Below are positions 35,940-45,819 of a DNA stretch of 64,000 nt, in pieces. The stretch lies in contig NC_052146.1 of assembly GCF_902713615.1 (NCBI RefSeq), positions 69,521,238-69,585,237 on the forward strand. The letters are read 5' to 3'. The notes under the pieces were generated by a model, which was given only the letters and a program-made list of their open reading frames with translations, searched no databases and was not told the origin of the DNA. The number at the start of each line of letters is the position of its first letter. The stretch's first letter is position 1. A program made the position numbers and the translations under genes. This DNA comes from Scyliorhinus canicula (taxonomy: Eukaryota).

Positions 35940-37700
35940 ATGACTTTATGAAATTATGGAAGTCGTTCTGTTCGGATGATTCCATCCTCGTTTGTTGCCG
36001 GAATAGTGGGTGGAAACAACAGGTATTTTGGTTACAATATTCAAATCTTCACTCGATATATGAGTTGCGTCAGAGAACTGGAAGACAGCAATAATTACAG
36101 CCCTGTTCAGAAAGAGAAGAGGGATAAAACAGGCGTCAAGGTTTCTGCCGCCGCCCTGGAGGTGCTGCTGCAGGTGACAACGAAACAGAGGGAGGTACTA
36201 CTCCCAGTGAAAGGGAGGAGGAGGCAAGTCAGCCTCATGGAAAAGCATGGCCAAGGAGGTCAGTAATAGAACATAGAACAGCACAGAACAGACCCTTCGG
36301 CCCTCAATGTTGTGCCGAGCCATGATCACCCTACTCAAACCCACATATCCACCCTATACCCGTAACCCAACAACCCCCCCCCTCTTAACCTTACATTTAT
36401 TAGGACACTACGGGCAATTTAGCATGGCCAATCCACCTAACCCGCACATCTTTGGACTGTGGGAGGAAACCGGAGCACGCGGAGGGAACCCACGCACACA
36501 GGGGGAGGACGTGCAGACTCCACACAGACAGTGACCCAGCCGGGAATCGAACCTGGGACCCTGGAGCTGTGAAGCATTTATGCTAACCACCATGCTACCC
36601 TGCTGCCCCCTAATGGGGAGTTACATAAACAAGCTGCAGGCAACAGCCAAATGTATTTCAATTATCTGGTGGAGTGTGGAAAGGTAAATAGCATTCACAT
36701 TAGCAAGCCCACAGCTCTGCATCTGATGAACAGCGCCTAAGAGATGTGAAGTGAGGTGGTCAACTCGTGCACCGACACGACCTGTGAGATGAGGTGTAGC
36801 TGAATACCTGCTTGAGGTACACCTCCCAGTGGTGCGCTGCTCTACATGGAAACTGGCTGAAGCTGAAGAGCACAGCCGACATATAAGAAATAAATTACAT
36901 CGTGCACGCAGGTGATCGTATGAGAAGCATCCTCACAATGCCAAGTTGGAGGGAACCACTGGCGATGCTGCGCTATTCAGAGCGATGATCAGTCTGAAGG
37001 TTCAGGGGATTGTGCATATATGGTAGTTTGCAGCACGGCATCATATCGCTGAGGGTGAGGTAGTGTAATGTGATGAATGCCCGCATCCAAACTTTTGATG
37101 AGAACTAAATATGGAATCCCTGTGAAACGTGATCAACAGAGCGGGTTCTAGTTCAAGGACAGGCAAGAGGACTTGCTTTCAAGCGCAACGACCTGAGATC
37201 AATCTTGTCCCTCCCGCAAATTCATGACGTCGTAGAGTTACGGCAAAGAGGGAAGCCATTCGGCTCATTAACCCCATTACGATGAAGGGACAATAATGGC
37301 TGAAGAACAAGATGCAGAATCTTCAGAGTATAATCCAACATTTAACGAGTTTATGTCCCATTGGTCTGGCATTCTTTCCACCAGGGAATACCCCAGCACT
37401 TAAACAGAGCCGGGCATTGACTCACGGTTAGAAAGGGTTGCAGGAGCAGGTAGGCACGGCTGGACCCGTTTTCAGGTATCCACCCGATTAGATAAGCAGT
37501 GATGGAGGAATGGCTGCATAGAACCCATAGAGTCTCTTCTAAGGCATATTTGCATTGACAGTGCATTCTCTTCCGCTTTGCTGGTGATATGAACAGTTCA
37601 TGAAGCCTCGAAAACTGCTGCTGGCGGCCCACCGGTGACGCTAGAACTCAGGCATACCGAGGCGGCCCACCACGTCCATCCCATGCACCACATGGCGCCC
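35940..37700 (+). mobile_element. Decayed Harbinger-derived element with Myb/SANT-like ORF remnant, interrupted by a young SINE (36266-36609, minus)
   Basis: VSAAALEVLLQVTTKQREVLLP..GRRR resembles the N-terminal helix of Harbinger Myb/SANT proteins. Confidence 0.5.
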
Positions 37701-39297
37701 ATTGAGCTGGAGGCCATAAAGATGTGTTGGTTACGTAGATTGGCCATGTTAAATTGCCTCCAAGTCTCCAAAGATGTGCAGGTTAGCTATGGTTACGGTA
37801 TATGGCGGGGAGTGGGCCAATGTAGGGTGCTCTTTCGCAGGAGCGGCGCAGACTCGATGGGCCCAATGGCCTCCTTCTGCACTGTAGGGATTCTATGATT
37901 ATGAAGCGTGCAGAGAATGATAGCAATGCTAAATATATCCCTTGAAATTATATAGTCCCAGGGTCACTGGGATAGTCAGGGTGTTTCGTGAAACGGCACG
38001 GAGGCTACGCTAGGGAGATGATTAGATCATCTCCAGGAATGTTTAACAATCTCTCAGAATAAACCTCAAGTTATGGCTGAGTCGCGTGACTGCCTGGATT
38101 GCATATTCATGCCAATTAATCTCGACCCTGCAGTCCTGTTGCGCAGGGAACAGCATACCAGCGCCATACAGGTGACCCTTAGCAGCGTGTCCTGTTACTC
38201 TCCCCCAGATCCCTCCAAGCATCTGAACATTTTACAAGGTTGATAGCCTGTTGAATGGTGGTCTTTAGTTGTATGTTTCCTCGGTCTCCTCGCTGGGTTT
38301 CCGGAAAAGTGTAAGCATCCATATTTCTGTTGTCAATCACATGGTACCCAGAATCTTTCCATGGTGATTATTGGGTGGCCTGGAGAGCTGAGAGACTGGC
38401 GGTTGTCTCAGAATATACAAGTCGTGGTAGCTTCCATGGAACCGTACACACAACTTCAGGATTGTTTTATGATTTTCACAGACTAAGGTAAACCCTTACG
38501 GAGGCTGCTGGCTTAATGGGCATATGCGGCTTGTCGATTATCCTCTGGCATGAGGGAATCCGGAGAATGCCGCAAATCCTTTCACCCCCGATTCCCGACT
38601 AAGCAGATTGGTGTGAAACCTGATGCATTCCCCTATCCGTGGGAGAAGGGAGCTGTCACATACTTGATGCAGCGAAGGGTCACTGCTTGAGGATTCCAAA
38701 ATTATTTCAAATGATCCCTCGGAGGGACCCCGGGTGCTGCCTGCACGATAAGAAATTGGCTTGAACATATTCTCTTAATAAGAGCCTCAGATTTGTGTCT
38801 GCCCAACAGCTTCACTTGCCTGCACTCCGAGGAAATGTGTGATCGTGACCCACCACTTGACAGCCCCTCTGAAATTTACCCAGCGGTGCGAAAGTATTGG
38901 GTTACTGTCCACACCGAAGTCCGTTTCGACGGGGTCGGTAAAATTCCAATGATAGAATACAAAAACAAAGAAGTAATGTCAAACCTTCAATCTTGCTTAG
39001 ATTCTACTGGAGCAATGAGTCTAACTATTAACGATATTTATTAACATGGATGGCACGGCCTGAGAGAGGGTGAAAGAAGGATTTGTTAGCTTCGAGAAGA
39101 CGAGAGAAACTATGGTTGTCCTTCTCAGAGCTGCGCAGGGACGCGGCAATTTGATAGACGGTGCTGGATAGAGTGAATAAGCATATGTTGTTTCCAATGC
39201 CAGCATTTTTGATTACCGGAAGGCGAACGTTTAAAATAATCTGGCAATAGAAATAAGAGACGAGAGGAAAACGCACGACCCGAATTCTTATGGTCTG

Positions 39298-39614
39298 GAG
39301 CCCCTGTCCCATCTGCGTGTTCCAAAAATAAATTTAATATTTGGTCCCCAGATATGAAACGTATTAGATGTTAAACTGATAGGAACAGATTTTTTTGTTT
39401 TTTTCATCCCATCTTTAAAGTTACAAAGTCAATGGGCAGAGTGGACGGTGCAAACCCTTGATCAATTTATTGCTTGTTCCAAAAAACAATTGAAATTCAA
39501 ATCAATGCCAATTCATGGTTTCCACAACAGAGATCCAAGCTGACAAAAAAGGCATTTCATTTCATCTTGGGCTTGATAGGAGGCTTTATCTTAGCCAAAA
39601 AGCTGATACACGAT
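39298..39614 (-). pseudogene. RNU2: U2 snRNA pseudogene (nt 1-31 at 39614-39584; nt 38 to about 127 at 39390-39298) split by a 193-bp A-tailed insert
   Basis: ATCGTGTATCAGCTTTTTGGCTAAGATAAAG matches 25/31 of the U2 5' end. ATCTGTTCCTATCAGTTTAACATCTAATACG..ATATTAAAT..ATTTTTGG (Sm site)..AGATGG follows U2 from nt 38. Confidence 0.85.
39391..39583 (-). mobile_element. 3' end of a probable U2-targeting non-LTR element (Keno-like)
   Basis: An A-rich tail abuts U2 nt 38, the known Keno/Utopia target region. The insert sequence itself was not matched to a family. Confidence 0.55.
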
Positions 39615-39839
39615 TATCTATCTATCCCTGATGCCGATAAGGAATGTGGTCAAATTGCTTCACCTCGGTCCCATTATAATATTCCGGTTTCCAAACCCTA
39701 AACCTGAGATCATCTAATGTGTTCTTCAAATTTCTGTATTGAAACATTTTGTGTGCTATTCTCTGGCTTGGGAGCTTGGTTTACCATCTTTCTAAAATGG
39801 CTGCCATGCGCATTAACTTCAGTCAAGACATGGGTTCAG

Positions 39840-40439
39840 GGGGTGGCGAGGACGGTGTCAAGGGTGGTGGGATCCAGGGTCAAGCCAGGATGGGGACTCG
39901 CGATTTTTGGAGTTGGGGTGGAGCCAGGAGTGCAGGAGGGGAAAGAGGCCGGTGTGCTGGCCTTTGCGTCCCTAGTAGCCCAGCGAAGGATCTTGGTACA
40001 ATGGAAGGATACGAGGCCCCCAAGCGTGGAGACCTGGATCAATGACATGGCGGGTTTCATTAAGCTAGAGAAGATCAAATTCGCCCTGAGAGGGTCGGTA
40101 CAAGGGTTCTTTAGGCGGTGGCAAACTTTTCTCGACTTTCTGGCTCAACGATAGGGTACGGGGACAGTAGCAGCAGCAACCCGGGGGTGGGGGGGAAGGG
40201 GAGGGAAAAGGTGGGGGGGGGGTGGGGGGTGGACGATGACTATGTTTGTTTATTTAATTTAAATTTATTTTTAAGTTCTTCTGTTGTTCATTGGGGTTGG
40301 GGGTGTGGGGGATGGGATACATGCGTCGATACGGTCTGGGGTGTTGCAGTTATTATGGGTTATTTTGTTGCATTTCATTGTTTGTCGTTACTTTTTTTAT
40401 TTTCTGTAAAAAATTCCAATAAAAATTATATTTTTAAAA
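39840..40439 (+). mobile_element. 5'-truncated L1 3' end with 15-bp TSD
   Basis: Reads VLAFASLVAQRRILVQW..PPSVETWINDMAGFIKLEKIKFALRG..W, followed by a GT-rich UTR, AATAAA and an A-tail. TSD aagacatgggttcag at 39825-39839 and 40440-40454. Confidence 0.9.
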
Positions 40440-40484
40440 AAGACATGGGTTCAGATTCTTTGGACGAATTTCACGTGGATAGAG

Positions 40485-40492
40485 ATTTGCAT
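40485..40492 (+). promoter_or_regulatory. Ig V-promoter octamer ATTTGCAT, cluster 2
   Basis: About 119 nt upstream of the leader ATG. Confidence 0.85.
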
Positions 40493-40610
40493 ATCTAATT
40501 AATATTCAGTGGTCTGTGGTGTTTGAATCTTTTTTAAGGAACAGTTGGAAAGAATCAAGAAGCACATTCGTACTGGACCTACTTCCTCCTGACTCACCAG
40601 GATCTTCACC

Positions 40611-40659
40611 ATGACTGGATGTGTTCGAGTTCTGGCTGCGCTGATGCTCTGTCTCCACA
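40611..40659 (+). pseudogene. Leader exon of lambda cluster 2 (itself intact)
   Basis: MTGCVRVLAALMLCLH plus 1 nt, donor GTAAGT, paralogous to the cluster 1 leader. Confidence 0.85.
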
Positions 40660-40799
40660 GTAAGTACAGGCATCAACCTTTAGTAATGCTGATTTTAACA
40701 TTACCCTGTTTTTTGTGCTTGGGTCATAATGAACCTTAATTACCAACTATTTAAATTTTCACGCAGTGTGTGACTGACAAATAATTTGCATTTTGCCAG

Positions 40800-41491
40800 G
40801 TATAATTGCGGATCCTGTCCTGACCCATAGAACATAGAACAGTACAGCACAGAACAGGCCCTTCGGCCCTCAATGTTGTGCCGAGCCATGATCACCCTAC
40901 TCAAATCCACGTATCCACCCTATACCCGTAACCCAACAACCCCCCCTTAACCTTACTTTTATTAGGACACTACGGGCAATTTAGCATGGCCAATCCACCT
41001 AACCCGCACATCTTTGGACTGTGGGAGGAAACCAGAGCACCCGGAGGAAACCCACGCACACAGGGGGAGGACGTGCAGACTCCACACAGACAGTGACCCA
41101 GCCGGGAATCGAACCTGGGACCCTGGAGCTGTGAAGCATTTATGCTAACCACCATGCTACCCTGCTGCCCAACCAGGATCCATTTCGACCTCACCAGGGG
41201 AAACGATCACGATCACCTGTACCATGTCCAGAGGCAGCATCGGCAACCCCTACACGAGCTGGTACTGGCAGAAACTCGGCAGTGCCTCTGTGTTTATTTG
41301 GTCCGAGAGCTCTGGCACACCTTCTGGTATTCCGCAACGATTCACTGGGTCTGTGGATTCATCGAGTAAAACGATGCATTTAACCATCAGCAACGTGCAA
41401 TCGGAGGACCCCGCAGATAATTACTGGCGTGTTTGGCTAAACAGTATCGGTAGATTCATTTTCGGGAGAGGAACTAAATTGAATCTGGACA
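40800..41491 (+). pseudogene. IGLV: Germline-joined lambda VJ pseudo-exon, cluster 2
   Basis: Reads IIADPVLT[SINE]QPGSISTSPGETITITC..WYWQK..RFTGSVDSS..EDPADNYW-RVWLNSIGRFI-FGRGTKLNLD|GTAAG. The SINE lies inside the Gln codon of FR1, and YYC has become NYW. Confidence 0.93.
40827..41170 (-). mobile_element. Young HE1-type SINE inserted in V exon 2
   Basis: Nearly identical to the copies at 515, 36266 and 55514. Confidence 0.92.
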
Positions 41492-41689
41492 GTAAGTAAA
41501 TCACTTCTACTGTTCGCTAACATTTATTCCATTAACTAACTAACTCAATGTATTTTGAAATTGTCGGTTCGGTAGATCGGATTAGTTTATATCAAATTGA
41601 TTGCTCTAAGTATATTTACACCAGACTTCCCGGTCCAGTGACATTAAAATGGAATCTGGGCTCAAAACGTGCGCGATGTTGTGGGGGTT

Positions 41690-43465
41690 AGGTACGTTTT
41701 GGCGCAGCCATTTGGGCGCGGCCATTTGGGCGCGGCCGTTTTGGCGCCAACCGTTTTGGCGTCAACATGAGGGAGGTGTGTTCATCAAATTTAGTAGTCG
41801 CACAAACTTTGTTACATTTTGTTTAAAAACCAGTGTTCTTACTCATACATGATACAGTAGTCCCCCTTTATAACGCGGGTGTTGGGGTCCAAGACAGCCA
41901 CCCGCGCTGTATCGGAGCCGCGGATATCCATGATGGGGGTTTTAAATTTATTTAAAAATCTGTGCATGCGCTTCCCATTGTGAGTCTAGGGGGGGGGGGG
42001 GGGGGGGGGGGCGAGGGGAGAGGTCAGACCCCCGTAGACTCACAATGGGAAGCGCTAGCATAGATTTTTAAATAAATTTAAAACCCCCATCGTGGATCCA
42101 ATTAAAATTTCAGCGGCCGGCACACTTTGATCCGGAGAGAAGCTGCTCTCACTGAAATCAGCCGGCCGCTGAAATTGACACTGCCGGCTGCTCTCTCCCT
42201 CCAATCCAACTTTTAAGTTCTAATGTTTCTGATTGGAGGGAGAGAGCAGCCGGCAGTGTCAATTTCTTTTTTTTTCCTCCGGCTTGCCCCCTCTCCCCCC
42301 ACACCCTCCAACTAGACCCCTCTCCCCCCACACCCTCCGACTCGCCCACTCTCCCCCCCAACACCCTCCGGCTCGCCCCCTCTCCCCCCACACCCGCCGG
42401 CTCGCCCCCTCTCCCCCTCTCCCCCACACCCTCCTGCTCTCCCCCACAGCGTCCAGCTCGCCCCCTGTCCCCCCACACCCTCCGGCTCGCCCCCTCCCCC
42501 CCCCCTCTCCTCTCCCGTCCCCCAACACCCGCAGGGCCCCCCTCTCTCCCCCAACACCCGCAGGGCCCTCCTCTCTCCCCCACACCCCCAGGGGGGTCTC
42601 CCCCACACCCGCCCCCCCAACACCCGCCCCCCTCCTCTCCCCCCCAACACCCGCCCCCCACCTCTCCCCCCCAACACCCGCCCCCCTCCTCTCCCCCCCA
42701 CCACCCGCCCCCCTCCTCTCCCCCCCAACACCCGCCCCCCTCCTCTCCCCCCCCAACACCCGCCCCCCCTCTTCTCCCCCCCAACACCCGCCCCCCTCTT
42801 CTCCCCCCCAACACCCGCCCCCCCTCTTCTCCCCCCCAACACCCGCCCCCCCCCTCTCGGCAGTGTCAATGTCAGCGGCCGGCTGATTGTTTCAGTTAGA
42901 GAGCAGCTTCCCTCTCCGGATCAAAGTGAGCCGGCCGCTGAAATTGACACTGCCCGCTGCTCTCTCCCTCCAATCCAACTTTTAAGTTTTAATGTTTCTG
43001 ATTGGAGGGAGAGAGCAGCCGGCAGTGTCAATTTCAGCGGCCAGCTCACTTTGATCCGGAGAGGGAAGCTGCTCTCTCACTGAAGCAATCAGCCGGCCGC
43101 TGAAATTGACACTGCCGGCTGCTCTCTCCCTCCAATCAGAAACATTAAAACTTAAAAGTTGGATTGGAGGGAGAGAGCAGTGGGCAGTGTCAATTTCAGC
43201 GGCCGGCTGATTGCTTCAGTGAGAGCAGCTTCCCTCTCCGGATCAAAGTGAGCTGGCCGCTGAAATTGACACAACTGACAGTTTAAAATAGTAAATTGAA
43301 TGTTTCAACAACAAATACAATAGTTTTCTGAATACAAGAATTTCTGTAGTCTGCGCCCAAACGGCCGCGCCAAATTGGCTGCGCCCAATTGTCCCATGGC
43401 GCCCAAACGGCTGCGCCCAAACGGCCGCGCCAAAACGGCCGCGCCCAATTGTCCCATCCCCATGT
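41690..43465. mobile_element. Foldback-like DNA element with inverted arrays of about 15-bp subterminal repeats, enclosing a Tigger/pogo-like end, hairpins and a C-rich minisatellite
   Basis: Left (tttgggcgcggcc[ag])n at 41697-41765 and right (gcgcccaaacggcc)n at 43352-43455 are reverse complements. TA|CAGTAGTCCCCC occurs at 41853. Confidence 0.55.
42275..42858. repeat. C-rich minisatellite (about 24-26-bp unit cccccccaacacccgcccccctcctct); G-rich on the minus strand
   Basis: About 10 regular units at 42600-42850, preceded by degenerate related units. Confidence 0.85.
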
Positions 43466-45140
43466 TGGGGAGGGTGTCCAGGTATTGGAAAGGGGACAGA
43501 GCCAATTCAATGACGAGTGAAGATCATTTCAATGGGAGTTAATGGTCTGATCTGCTGGGACTGTCCAGAATTATGAGCCATACAGCCGACAACCCGAGGA
43601 CATGAATTTAATGGCATTGCTAAAATTATGGGATATTTTCCTTGATTCAGCGAGTGATAGGAGTGCAATTCCTGAGATGTAAGATTGCTCCAGCTGAACT
43701 ATGATCAGCTTCGGCGAGGAGACAGATAAACATTTCAAAAGCGATTCAAAAAATCAAACGTATGGAAGATTAATTCGGTGGACAGGAATGTTAAAAGGCT
43801 CGATTGGCCTCGTTCTATGGTCTGTAATTTCATGTTTCTATGAAATCTGCATCGTTGTTCAGACTAGCAATCCCACTTTAAAAGCTCGAATACAAACTAA
43901 AAACTTTCAAACGCAGCGGGCTCATTCTGCAGCAGTGCTGAGTTGTAATTGTTTTTATTGCATCGAGCCGGCGAATAAACGTTCTAACTATAACGCTAAA
44001 TCGATGTTTCTTCGTTATCATCCCCATAACCATCGGGAATAGGTTATCCACTCTATCCAGGCGTTTCATAATATTACATCCTTCAATTAAGCCTCAGCAT
44101 AGTCTGTTCCAACGAAAACAACGCTGGTCAGTTCAATATTCCTTCATAGCAGAACTTCCCCAATCCAGGCCATGCTTTTGTACATCTCCTCTGCACCATT
44201 TATGGAATAATTACATTTTTTTCTAAGTTACCAAAATTGCACATAGTGCTTGTTTTATGCAGTTTCAGAATAACCTCCCATTTATTGCATGTTGTCCTGC
44301 GGCTACTAAATGCTAATGTCCCATATGCTTCTTGGCCACCTTATCTATCAGCTCCGCCACCTTGAGGGATCGGTGGATATGCGCTCTCACATCGCTCAGT
44401 TTATCTATGTATAGTCTCCGCATTCTCCCATTTATAAACTGTGCTGCCTTGTCTTGTCAGCTTTTCCAAAATGCACCACCTCACAATTCTCCGTATTTAA
44501 CTCCATTCGAAAAGATTTGACTTATAACACGCTTGTGTTTCAAGGCGCCGTATAAATAGATGGTTAGAGCTGCTAATTGTTCCCGACATTTCAGAATGTT
44601 ATCCAGAACTCCCTGGGGTACAGGAAGATTATCCCAACATTGAAATGGGATCTAGTGGCTCTTGTCATGCGACGACTTGTTTCCACCTTTAAATTGTGAT
44701 GCAAGAAAAAACAGGTGAATTATTAGATTCAAAGACCAACTTCTGGTCAGCACTGCGGACTCATGGCGCCAAGGGCCGGTGTAGACTCGATGGGCAAAAT
44801 GACCTCCTTCTGCACTGTAAATTCGATGATTCTATAAGTGGTTTCACTGAGCGTTCCCGCAGTGGTTGTGCCAGATGTCGTGAATAATAGTATAAACAGA
44901 CAAGAGATTCATCGTGTCCGTTTACAGCATCCCTGCATTGGGTAACGTCTGACTGTATCACGGGAATTTGTATGTCATAACAATAATGAAAAGTATTGTT
45001 TTAGCGCCGACCACGGCCTGAGGACATTTAACTGACTTCTCGTTTGTCCTATTTTTTCGCAATTTATAAAAAGGAAAACATTAATTAAGTCACTAATTTT
45101 AATGTGAATGAATGCTCAATCATTTGTTTCCAATTTTCAG

Positions 45141-45463
45141 ATCCACGAGTCCCCACCGTGTCCCTCCTTCCGCCGTCATCGGATCAAATCGCAGCGAAGG
45201 ACACGGCGACCCTGGTGTGTTTGGTGAGCGGGTTTAACCCGGGAGCTGCGGAGATTGAATGGACTGTAGACGGCAGTGTCAGAGGGAATGGGGTTGAGAC
45301 CAGTCGGATCCAGCAGGAGGCGGACAACACGTTCAGTGTGAGCAGCTATCTGACTCTGTCAGCCTCAGAGTGGAACTCACACGAGCTTTACTCCTGTCTG
45401 GTCAAACACGAGGCTCTGGCAAACCCGCTTAAAAGAAGCATCTCAAGATCCAGCTGTGTCTGA
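45141..45463 (+). CDS. IGLC: Ig lambda constant exon, cluster 2 (open frame, but belongs to a V-pseudogene cluster)
   Basis: Acceptor caattttcag. Reads (N)PRVPTVSLLPPSS..ATLVCLVSGF..YSCLVKHE..SRSSCV*. AATAAA occurs at 45516-45521 and again near 45646. Confidence 0.92.
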
Positions 45464-45819
45464 TTCAAGGATGTTATATATTGATCTATTGTGCCATTAG
45501 TGAAGTTTATTTTAAAATAAATTCCGTGAATAGTGATTAAGCGGAACAGTTTGCAGTTGATCGACAGTCTCCCGCCGGTTGATTTTAATAGTGTTCACTC
45601 TGAACTGATCAAGGCTTCATTGAAACGTCATCGATAACGCGGCGCAATAAAATGATGATCCCATCATCCGGAGTGTCGTGATGTCATTCCCTCACTTCCC
45701 CTTGAAGCGACTCGTAACATCTTTCTAAATATGATTAACTGATGAGGTTGTATTATTAGTGACATTCTGCATAAATAATGTAAAATCAATGACATCCAGT
45801 TGTAACAGCGAGTACCCAC

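Noticed and set aside
16537-41491. Functional RSS or separate J segments for the two lambda clusters
   Set aside because: V runs directly into FGxGTKL in both clusters, and no heptamer-spacer-nonamer flanks either V or J.
42158-42886. Long Gly-rich and Pro-rich ORFs
   Set aside because: They are translations of the C/G-rich minisatellite, which lacks stops by composition.
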